A stretch of DNA of 39,593 nucleotides from an uncultured Candidatus Saccharibacteria bacterium (lineage in GTDB: Bacteria; Patescibacteriota; Minisyncoccia; Phycocordibacterales; UBA9973), in the NCBI GenBank assembly GCA_964613545.1, contig CAZTHH010000001.1:1-39593 (forward strand), given 5' to 3'. This document shows, one piece after another, positions 9,137 to 16,422 of the stretch. The notes below the pieces were generated by a model. The model did not search any database. It was given only the letters and a program-made list of their open reading frames with translations, and was not told the origin of the DNA. Both the position numbers and the translations under genes were made by a program. Each line of letters opens with the position of its first letter. Position 1 is the first letter of the stretch.

Positions 9137-9967
9137 ATGAAACTCTCTTTGATACACAATACGTCAGATATGCATGTGGGAGGATTCCTTCCGGAAGCAG
9201 GCTACAACGAAGACCCAAAAGAGCTTTTCCACTTAGTTACATTACATAAAAAACACTTTGCAAAAAATTTAGAAGAATACAGAGAGGAAATTGTACAAAG
9301 TGGAGAATATAAAGAAATTCAAAAAGGTGTATACTTGCCTACGCACGCAAGTATTAATGATCATATTGTATTTGATACAACAAAAGGAATTATTGTAATT
9401 GAAAAGAACGTAACAATAATGCCATTTACCTACCTCGCAGGACCACTTCGTATAGATGAAGGAGCAACCATCAATCCGCACTCAAACATCTCCGGCTCAT
9501 ACATTGGAAAGTTTTGTAAAATAGGTGGGGAAGTTTCAAATTCTGTATTCGAAGCATATAGCAACAAAGGCCACTATGGATATGTAGGAGATAGCTATGT
9601 GGGAAGCTGGGTGAATCTCGGCGGAGGCACAGCCACATCAAATCTTAAAAATACATATGGCACAATAAAGATGGATGGAGTTGAGACAGGCGAGCAATTC
9701 ATCGGATCTATCATTGCAGATCATGTAAAAACGGCGCTCAATACAGCAATCTATACGGGAAAAATTATTGGTATGGGTGCACATATTTATGGAACAGTGA
9801 CGACAGATGTGCCACCATGTGTAAATTATTATGGAAAGGATAATATGATAGCAATTCCATTTGAAGTTATTGAAAAGACCGCAACACGAATGATGGCACG
9901 CAGGGGAGTAGTATTTAATGAAGGAGATAAAAAAACATTACAATTAATTTATAATTCAAATGAGTAA
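9137..9967 (+). CDS. Left-handed beta-helix (hexapeptide-repeat) protein, GlmU C-terminal-domain-like
   Basis: 276 aa. Hexapeptide-like run IGKFCKIGGEVSNSVFEAYSNKGHYGYVGDSYVGSWVNLGGGTATSNLKNTYG. No nucleotidyltransferase GxGxR motif seen. Starts 1 nt after the NYN stop codon. Confidence 0.55.
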   Translation: MKLSLIHNTSDMHVGGFLPEAGYNEDPKELFHLVTLHKKHFAKNLEEYREEIVQSGEYKEIQKGVYLPTHASINDHIVFDTTKGIIVIEKNVTIMPFTYLAGPLRIDEGATINPHSNISGSYIGKFCKIGGEVSNSVFEAYSNKGHYGYVGDSYVGSWVNLGGGTATSNLKNTYGTIKMDGVETGEQFIGSIIADHVKTALNTAIYTGKIIGMGAHIYGTVTTDVPPCVNYYGKDNMIAIPFEVIEKTATRMMARRGVVFNEGDKKTLQLIYNSNE

Positions 9968-10907
9968 AATATTAATTATCGGTGCATGTGGACAAATCGG
10001 TGTTGAGCTTACCCTCACACTCAGAAAGATGGTCGGCGGAGAAAATGTGATCGCAAGTGATATTCAAGGGGAGCATGCAATGCTTGCAGGGACGGGCCCA
10101 TACCTCACGCTCAATGCTCGCGACGCAATGGCAATCCATGAAGTAGTAAAAAAGGAAGGGGTGACGGATATTTACCTACTCGCTGCACTTCTCTCTGCAA
10201 CAGGAGAAAAAGATCCAAAGCTTTGCTGGGACCTCAACATGGAAAGTCTTCGAGGAATTCTCGATATTGGTGTCGCTGAAAAAGTAAAAATCTTTTGGCC
10301 AAGTTCAATTGCAGTATTCGGGCCGACTACTCCACGCGAGGGAACACCTCAGCACACTGTGATAGAACCGAGTACGATGTATGGTATTACAAAATACGCA
10401 GGAGAAATGCTCTGCCAGTATTATCACAATAAATTTGGACTCGATGTCCGTAGTGTCCGCTACCCTGGGCTCATCAGCTGGAAGAGTGCTCCGGGCGGAG
10501 GCACGACAGACTATGCGGTAGAAATATTTTATGAAGCAATTAAAAACAAAAAGTATTCTTGCTTCCTCTCTGAAAATACATACCTCCCAATGATGTATAT
10601 GGATGATGCCATCCGTGCGACCATTGAACTAATGCAGGCACCAGCTGAACAAGTAAAAAATAGACTTTCATACAATCTTTCTGCAATCAGCTTTTCTCCA
10701 AAAGAAATCGCCGAAGCCGTAAAAAAACATATTCCAGAATTTGAAATTTCATACGCACCGGATCACCGCCAAAAAATTGCGGATTCATGGCCAGCAAGTA
10801 TTGATGATAGTGAAGCTCGAAATGATTGGAACTGGAAACATGAATTTGATTTAGAAAAAATGACAGAAGTAATGCTCAGTAATTTAAAAGAAAAATTAGC
10901 ACAGTAA
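9960..10907 (+). CDS. tdh: NAD-dependent epimerase-fold L-threonine 3-dehydrogenase (extended SDR type)
   Basis: 315 aa. Rossmann motif ILIIGACGQIGVEL and catalytic YGITK. Lies two genes from kbl. Overlaps the preceding gene by 8 nt. Confidence 0.7.
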   Translation: MSKILIIGACGQIGVELTLTLRKMVGGENVIASDIQGEHAMLAGTGPYLTLNARDAMAIHEVVKKEGVTDIYLLAALLSATGEKDPKLCWDLNMESLRGILDIGVAEKVKIFWPSSIAVFGPTTPREGTPQHTVIEPSTMYGITKYAGEMLCQYYHNKFGLDVRSVRYPGLISWKSAPGGGTTDYAVEIFYEAIKNKKYSCFLSENTYLPMMYMDDAIRATIELMQAPAEQVKNRLSYNLSAISFSPKEIAEAVKKHIPEFEISYAPDHRQKIADSWPASIDDSEARNDWNWKHEFDLEKMTEVMLSNLKEKLAQ

Positions 10908-10910
10908 AAC

Positions 10911-10950
10911 AAAAATGACCCCACTTAAAAAGTGAGGTCATTTTTTATTC
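10911..10950. terminator. Bidirectional terminator after tdh
   Basis: AAAAATGACCCCACT / AGTGAGGTCATTTTT stem with one mismatch and about a 5-nt loop, followed by a T-run. Confidence 0.7.
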
Positions 10951-10970
10951 TGTACTGTCTTCATACCATG

Positions 10971-11438
10971 CTACTCTTTTACCGCATCCTTAATTGACTG
11001 CTTTTGGGGTTCTTTAAACCGAAAAACTTTCACCAAAAAAATCTTATCATCGATAATTGGAGTGGTCTCAAATGAACCCTTTTCCCCAAAAAAGAAAATG
11101 ATATATTCCGGCAAAAACATATTAGGATTCTCTTTTTTGCATGCAGATGCAAGAGACTTTAAAAAAGGTCGGTGATGACTATTAAAATACACATCGCGAA
11201 CGCCTAATCCAGGTCCCCAAATTAAAACTCTAATAAGCGTATGATCAGGATTTTCTGAAGAAATACCAGCTCCATGTAAGAATTCGAAAAACTTTTCTAA
11301 GAATTTTTCAGGTCCTCCCTTGTGAATATCCAATGCATCAGGAAATGGTCCAAGCCATTCATAGTTAATACTAGGCGATACGCCTATCATCTTTTTTAAA
11401 GTGACCCGCAGGACACGTTCGTTAGTTGTATATGTCAT
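10971..11438 (-). CDS. Hypothetical protein (155 aa)
   Basis: Intact ORF on the opposite strand between tdh and kbl. No recognisable motif. Confidence 0.55.
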   Translation of the reverse strand: MTYTTNERVLRVTLKKMIGVSPSINYEWLGPFPDALDIHKGGPEKFLEKFFEFLHGAGISSENPDHTLIRVLIWGPGLGVRDVYFNSHHRPFLKSLASACKKENPNMFLPEYIIFFFGEKGSFETTPIIDDKIFLVKVFRFKEPQKQSIKDAVKE

Positions 11439-11526
11439 GACAAAAATAATTAATTTAAAGAAAGAGTAGCATACTCACACTCTTTGTCAAATAGTGCAAA
11501 ATGATTATTTTTGGTAAATTGGTAGT

Positions 11527-12738
11527 ATGTATACAAAAAAGTTCATAGACCAATTAGCAGGGGATTTACAAGCAATTGAACAAGCAGGGAAATACAAAAC
11601 AGAACGGGAAATTTCGAGTGCTCAGGGTGCACGAGTGACCGTCGATGGAAAAGAAATGATTATGTTTGCCTCAAACAACTACCTCGGCCTTGCAAATAAC
11701 CCAGCACTTATTGAAGCTTCAGAGGCAGGGTTAAAAGAATTCGGCTTTGGTACTGCATCAGTTCGCTTCCTCTCTGGCACACAAACGATTCACCGACAAC
11801 TTGAAAAGAGAATTGCAACATTTATCGGCACAGAAGATGTCATCCTTTACTCTACTAATTTCATGGCAAATCTTGGACTCTTTGCGACTATCATAAATGA
11901 AGCATACGGGAGTACTGAACCATATTATAAAGATGTCATCTATAGTGATGCAAATAATCATGCTTCAATTATCGATGCATTTAAATTATGCAAAAAAGAA
12001 GTTACTGATAAAAGAATTTACAAAGGGGGAGATGTCGCAATGCTTGCGCAATTGCTCGAAGAAGACAAAGATAAAAACTACCGAAATAAAATAATTGCGA
12101 CTGATGGGATCTTTTCTATGGAGGGTACACAAGCAGATCTGCAAAAAATTATTGAGCTTGCAGAAAAATATAATGCACTCCTTTTTGTTGATGATGCGCA
12201 TGGCATCGGTGTTATGGGGGAGACTGGTCGTGGCACTGCACAAGCACAAGGAGTACTCGGAAAGATTGATGTCATCGCGGGGACACTTGGTAAAGCACTC
12301 GGTGGTGCGCTCGGTGGATATATTGGAGGAAAAAAAGAATTGGTGGATCTCCTTCGCCAGAAGTCACGTACCTATCTATTCTCCAACGCACTCCCTGCCT
12401 CGATAGTCATGGCAGGTATCGCAAGTATTGATATGATGGAAAAGGATTCCACACTCACAAAAAAAGTAAAAGAAAATGCAGCATACTTCCGTGCAAAATT
12501 AGAAGAAAATAATCTCCCAACACTCGAAGGGAATCATGCGATTGTACCACTCATGATCGGTGATGCAGCAAAAGCTGCCGACCTTTCCAAAAAGCTTTTT
12601 GAAAATGGTATCTATGCCACATCACTCTCATTCCCTGTCGTTCCCGAAGGTGAAGCCCGCATCCGCTTCCAAGTTTCCGCGTTACACACCCAAAAAGACC
12701 TTGATGAAACAATAGAAATATTGAAAAAGTTAATGTAG
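11527..12738 (+). CDS. kbl: Glycine C-acetyltransferase (2-amino-3-ketobutyrate CoA ligase), PLP-dependent
   Basis: 403 aa. FASNNYLGLANNP, FSMEGT, VDDAHGIG and the GTLGKALG Lys region are typical of the alpha-oxoamine synthase family. TGgTAAATT (11512-11520) lies 6 nt before the ATG. Confidence 0.9.
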   Translation: MYTKKFIDQLAGDLQAIEQAGKYKTEREISSAQGARVTVDGKEMIMFASNNYLGLANNPALIEASEAGLKEFGFGTASVRFLSGTQTIHRQLEKRIATFIGTEDVILYSTNFMANLGLFATIINEAYGSTEPYYKDVIYSDANNHASIIDAFKLCKKEVTDKRIYKGGDVAMLAQLLEEDKDKNYRNKIIATDGIFSMEGTQADLQKIIELAEKYNALLFVDDAHGIGVMGETGRGTAQAQGVLGKIDVIAGTLGKALGGALGGYIGGKKELVDLLRQKSRTYLFSNALPASIVMAGIASIDMMEKDSTLTKKVKENAAYFRAKLEENNLPTLEGNHAIVPLMIGDAAKAADLSKKLFENGIYATSLSFPVVPEGEARIRFQVSALHTQKDLDETIEILKKLM

Positions 12739-12741
12739 CAC

Positions 12742-12838
12742 AAATAAAAAGAACTGATCTCCGTTTTTCGCACTCTGGCCTGGGAGGGGTTCCCATCTAG
12801 TCGTAGCGCAGAAAACTTCGATTCAGTTCTTTTTATTT
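12742..12838. other. Long imperfect hairpin (about 97 nt) between convergent kbl and glmS: bidirectional terminator or small structured RNA
   Basis: 16-bp outer stem AAATAAAAAGAACTGA (12742-12757) / TCAGTTCTTTTTATTT (12823-12838). The interior is GC-rich and holds a GGGA/TCCC apical stem (12782-12794). Confidence 0.45.
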
Positions 12839-12840
12839 AC

Positions 12841-14676
12841 TTACTCTACAGTCACAGATTTTGCGAGGTTGCGGGGTTTGTCTACATCGGCGCCACGAAG
12901 AATTGCGGTATGATAGGCAAGGAGCTGAAGGGGAATTACTGAAATAATTGGCATCCATTCATCAGGTACATTTGGGATTTCAACAATATGGTCAAAAATA
13001 TCTTTCATTGATTCCTGTCCTTCGCGCACAAGTCCGATAGTGAGGGCACCACGTGCTTTTACCTCCTGCACATTAGAGATTACTTTATCAATCATTGCTT
13101 CATTTGTAGCAACCACAATTACCGGGAAATCTTTTTCCACAAGCGCAATCGGGCCATGCTTCATTTCTGCAGCAGGGTAGCCCTCCGCATGAATGTATGA
13201 AATTTCTTTTAATTTTAGTGCCCCTTCAAGCGCAACAGGGAAGAGCACACCGCGCCCGAGGAATAATGCATTTTCTTTATTTTTCAAAATTTCTGCAATC
13301 TGTTTTACTTTTGCTTCTTGTTTCAAAACTTTTTCGACAAGATTTCCAATTAATTCGAGTGAATCGACGAGCTTTATGTATTCTGCCTCAGCAAGCGTAC
13401 CACGACTTTTTGCAAGAAGAAGTGCAAGAAGGGAAAGGATCACTACTTGCCCGGTAAAGGCTTTTGTCGATGCTACACCGATTTCCGGACCAACGTGAAT
13501 ATATGAACCAGCGTCAGTCGTACGAGCAATAGATGAGCCGACAACGTTAACGATACCGTAAGTAATTGCACCTCTTTCTTTTGCAAGAGAAAGTGCGGCA
13601 AGGGTATCTGCCGTCTCTCCTGATTGTGAAATCGCAATCACAATATCATGCTTACTGAGGATAGGGTTACGATAACGAAACTCAGATGCGTACTCCACTT
13701 CAACCGGCATACCTGCCAAACTTTCAATAAGGTATTCTCCCACAAGCCCAGAAATCCATGACGTGCCACATGCGACGATAATGAGCCGGCGAGTTGTTGC
13801 GAGCTGATCTGCAATTTCTTCAAGCCCACGAAGGTGCACAGAATGATCTGGCAGAATGTGCCCACGAAGTGCATCGGAAATGGTGTGCGCTTGTTCAAAA
13901 ATTTCTTTTTGCATGTAATGATCGTAGCCATTTTTCTCTAGCATTTCAGCCTCAAGAGTGAGCTTATCAATAAATGGAGTATGCGGGACCCCTTCGATAG
14001 AAGAGACGGTGTATTCACCATTTCTTTTTACTTGTGCAATTTGATTATCATCCAAATAAATAACACTCTTTGTATATTCAGCAATCGGTGATGCATCACT
14101 CGCAATAAAAAATTCTTGTTCACCAATACCAATAACGAGCGGGCTTCCACGGCGTGCGACAATTAATGTATCTTTATCTTTTTCATCCATAACAATAATC
14201 GCATAGGCACCTACGACTTGCGTAAGCGAAATACGCACCGCTTCAAAAAGAGAAAGGTTATCTTTTTCTTTTACTGTTTCAATAAGGTGTGCGAGGACTT
14301 CGGTATCAGTATCTGAAGTAAAGGTATGACCTTCTTTTATAAATGCAGCTTTGAGCACTGCATAGTTCTCAATGATTCCATTATGAATAATTGCAATTGA
14401 CCCGGATTCTGAAAGGTGAGGGTGCGCATTTCGATCCTCTGGTGCACCATGAGTTGCCCAGCGAGTATGCCCGATACCAATGGTACCTTTTGGATTATGC
14501 TCTATGGCATATTTATACATCTCGGCGACTTTGCCTTTCTTTTTAAAGACATGGAGTTTTTCGTCCAAAAGGGCAATCCCCGCAGAGTCATATCCACGAT
14601 ATTCCAGCCGTTCCAAGCCTTTTACTAGGATTGGAAAGGCCTCTCTTTTACCTATATAACCAATTATTCCACACAT
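12841..14676 (-). CDS. glmS: Glutamine--fructose-6-phosphate aminotransferase (isomerizing)
   Basis: Start set at MCGIIGYIG (Cys2 nucleophile). Two SIS domains. The C-terminus ends KPRNLAKSVTVE. Confidence 0.95.
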   Translation of the reverse strand: MCGIIGYIGKREAFPILVKGLERLEYRGYDSAGIALLDEKLHVFKKKGKVAEMYKYAIEHNPKGTIGIGHTRWATHGAPEDRNAHPHLSESGSIAIIHNGIIENYAVLKAAFIKEGHTFTSDTDTEVLAHLIETVKEKDNLSLFEAVRISLTQVVGAYAIIVMDEKDKDTLIVARRGSPLVIGIGEQEFFIASDASPIAEYTKSVIYLDDNQIAQVKRNGEYTVSSIEGVPHTPFIDKLTLEAEMLEKNGYDHYMQKEIFEQAHTISDALRGHILPDHSVHLRGLEEIADQLATTRRLIIVACGTSWISGLVGEYLIESLAGMPVEVEYASEFRYRNPILSKHDIVIAISQSGETADTLAALSLAKERGAITYGIVNVVGSSIARTTDAGSYIHVGPEIGVASTKAFTGQVVILSLLALLLAKSRGTLAEAEYIKLVDSLELIGNLVEKVLKQEAKVKQIAEILKNKENALFLGRGVLFPVALEGALKLKEISYIHAEGYPAAEMKHGPIALVEKDFPVIVVATNEAMIDKVISNVQEVKARGALTIGLVREGQESMKDIFDHIVEIPNVPDEWMPIISVIPLQLLAYHTAILRGADVDKPRNLAKSVTVE

Positions 14677-14682
14677 ATATCT

Positions 14683-14697
14683 ATCATATGCTAAAAT
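14683..14697. promoter_or_regulatory. Back-to-back -10 boxes of divergent glmS and PGI/PMI genes
   Basis: TATGAT (minus strand, 14683-14688) is 6 nt from the glmS ATG at 14676. TGcTAAAAT (plus strand, 14689-14697) is 6 nt from the ATG at 14704. The whole intergenic gap is 27 nt. Confidence 0.5.
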
Positions 14698-14703
14698 AGA
14701 AAA

Positions 14704-15738
14704 ATGAACAATGAAACTATACAAAACGCAATAAAAGAATTTGATAGTAAAAATGTGCTTGGTTCTATTGAACTATTTGGAAAGCAATGTGAATTAGCAT
14801 GGAATGGAGAACAGCAAGGAAATGAAAATAAAAAAGAAATAAAAAATATTCTAGTCGCGGGGATGGGTGGTTCTGCCCTCGGTGCATACATGCTAAAGTC
14901 ACTCAATATTTTCACTGTACCAATTACGATGAGTCACGATTACACGATTCCGCAGTGGGTAAATGAGCACACATTATTTCTCGCAATGAGTTATTCCGGC
15001 GGAACAGAGGAAACTTTAAGCGCAACACAAAAAGCCTTAGCAACAGGAGCGACTGTAGTATGCATCACCGTCGGTGGAGCACTCGCACAAATTGCGACAG
15101 AGAATAATTTAGAATTACATAAAATAGATACGAGTGCGAACCCATGCGGACAGCCGAGGTTTGGAGTGGGCTCCATGATGATGGAAATTTTAAAAGTGTG
15201 TATAAATTATGGTGTGTGCAGTTTGAAAAAGGAAGAAGTGGAAAAAAGTTTAGAGGAATTAAAAAACACGACGAGCGGAATTGAAGCCGGCTGGGAAACT
15301 GCAGACAAATTAAAAGGCAAAATGCCCGTACTTATTTTTGCAGAGCATCTTACAAACGTGGGCAGATTTACTCGAAATCAAATTCACGAAACCGCAAAAG
15401 CACTTGCGCTCACTCATGAAATTCCAGAGCTGAATCATCACCTCATGGAAGGATTAACATTCCCTGATACCAATAAAGAAAAAGTAGTGTTTGTGTTTTT
15501 TGAGTCAGGAATGTACAGCACAAAAATACAAAAACGAATTGCCGTAACAAAAGATGTACTCACCAAACAGGGGATACAATATATAACAATTCCAGTTGTA
15601 GGGAATTCACCACTCACACAGACGCTCATTACAATGCTTACATCAATGTACCTCGCATACTCCCTCGCACTCATTCATGGAAAAGACCCGAGCGACATCC
15701 CTTGGGTGAATTATTTTAAAGAGCAGTTAGTTAAATAA
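14704..15738 (+). CDS. Bifunctional phosphoglucose/phosphomannose isomerase (SIS domain, archaeal type)
   Basis: 344 aa. LVAGMGGSALGAYMLKS and SYSGGTEETL SIS motifs. Size and layout fit the PGI/PMI family. Confidence 0.75.
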   Translation: MNNETIQNAIKEFDSKNVLGSIELFGKQCELAWNGEQQGNENKKEIKNILVAGMGGSALGAYMLKSLNIFTVPITMSHDYTIPQWVNEHTLFLAMSYSGGTEETLSATQKALATGATVVCITVGGALAQIATENNLELHKIDTSANPCGQPRFGVGSMMMEILKVCINYGVCSLKKEEVEKSLEELKNTTSGIEAGWETADKLKGKMPVLIFAEHLTNVGRFTRNQIHETAKALALTHEIPELNHHLMEGLTFPDTNKEKVVFVFFESGMYSTKIQKRIAVTKDVLTKQGIQYITIPVVGNSPLTQTLITMLTSMYLAYSLALIHGKDPSDIPWVNYFKEQLVK

Positions 15739-15751
15739 GAATACATCGAAC

Positions 15752-15787
15752 GCACAAAACCCCTTATTTTATAAGGGGTTTTTGTGC
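15752..15787 (+). terminator. Intrinsic terminator after PGI/PMI
   Basis: GCACAAAACCCCTTAT / ATAAGGGGTTTTTGTGC, a 16-bp stem with 3-nt loop. Confidence 0.75.
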
Positions 15788-15817
15788 TTGACAAATAGTG
15801 TATTACTATGCTATAAT
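15788..15817 (+). promoter_or_regulatory. Near-consensus sigma70-type promoter
   Basis: TTGACA 15788-15793, 18-nt spacer, TATAAT 15812-15817. Confidence 0.65.
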
Positions 15818-15858
15818 AATATCAGGTAAATAGATCTTTGATACTTTAGATTTCTATA

Positions 15859-15909
15859 TTTTATGGGATTTATGTATATCAATTTTTGGTATATATAAAT
15901 CCCATAAAA
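15859..15909. repeat. 22-bp inverted repeat / hairpin in the leader of the small membrane-protein gene
   Basis: TTTTATGGGATTTAT (15859-15873) pairs perfectly with ATAAATCCCATAAAA (15895-15909). Seven further pairs, two of them G-U, close a 7-nt loop. Confidence 0.8.
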
Positions 15910-15927
15910 ACAAGGGAATTTATACAA

Positions 15928-16215
15928 ATGAAAAAACTACTTTTAAACCCTGTTACGAACATCCTCTTGGATGCATTATTTTTTTTGGTAAGTTTTGCTT
16001 ACCGGATTATCTTTATTGGAATTGGAGCCATACTTATTTACATCGCCAGCCAATTTGTCGGAAACTTAGATGGATCCGTTGCTGAATTAGGAGGAAGATC
16101 TATCGATGTATTAATGGTATGCATGATGATCATTTTAGGTTTTGTTGTCGGGGGATTTGTAATTTTAAAAGCGTTTATTTCATCAAATGATGACTTACTT
16201 GAGTTACCATTATAA
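15928..16215 (+). CDS. Small integral membrane protein (95 aa, 2-3 TM helices)
   Basis: Start at MKKLLLNPV. Hydrophobic segments FFLVSFAYRIIFIGIGAILIYIA and VLMVCMMIILGFVVGGFVILKAF. Confidence 0.55.
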   Translation: MKKLLLNPVTNILLDALFFLVSFAYRIIFIGIGAILIYIASQFVGNLDGSVAELGGRSIDVLMVCMMIILGFVVGGFVILKAFISSNDDLLELPL

Positions 16216-16219
16216 AATC

Positions 16220-16266
16220 AAACCCGTAAGCCAGTGAAAACTCGCTTGCGGGTTTTCACTTTTTTA
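16220..16266 (+). terminator. Intrinsic terminator
   Basis: AAACCCGTAAGC / GCTTGCGGGTTT 12-bp stem with one G-U pair, followed by T-runs. Confidence 0.65.
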
Positions 16267-16332
16267 GCCAAGTTTTCACTCTTTATAAAAGGAGTGTTTT
16301 CTGTTATGATGCGAGTATTATCAAGTTTAATT

Positions 16333-16413
16333 GCTAGTCTCCAGACAGATAGAATTGAAATGCCAGTAATGAATAATGCTGGAAGGTTTCAAAGCTAGAG
16401 TCTGGAGAGTAGC
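16333..16413 (+). promoter_or_regulatory. Long stem-loop in the pnp 5' leader
   Basis: GCTAGTCTCCAGAC (16333-16346) pairs 13/14 with GTCTGGAGAGTAGC (16400-16413). Inner pairs are TTGAAA/TTTCAA and CCAG/CTGG. The structure ends 9 nt before the pnp ATG. Confidence 0.5.
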
Positions 16414-16422
16414 TTACACAAT

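Noticed and set aside
9950-9955. TATAAT hexamer 4 nt upstream of the tdh ATG, and TGaTAGAAT (28331-28339) 9 nt upstream of the rsmA ATG, considered as further leaderless promoters.
   Set aside because: The spacings (4 and 9 nt) fall outside the 6-7 nt rule seen elsewhere, and both genes overlap their upstream gene, so co-transcription with translational coupling is the simpler reading. Internal promoters remain possible.
16306-16398. 30-aa ORF (MMRVLSSLIASLQTDRIEMPVMNNAGRFQS) preceded by AAGGAG, in the pnp leader; considered as a leader peptide.
   Set aside because: Its ATGATG coincides with the best extended -10 match (TGtTATGAT), so transcription probably starts downstream of it. The spacing to AAGGAG is long at 11 nt. 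The organism otherwise does not use Shine-Dalgarno sequences, and the peptide has no notable features.
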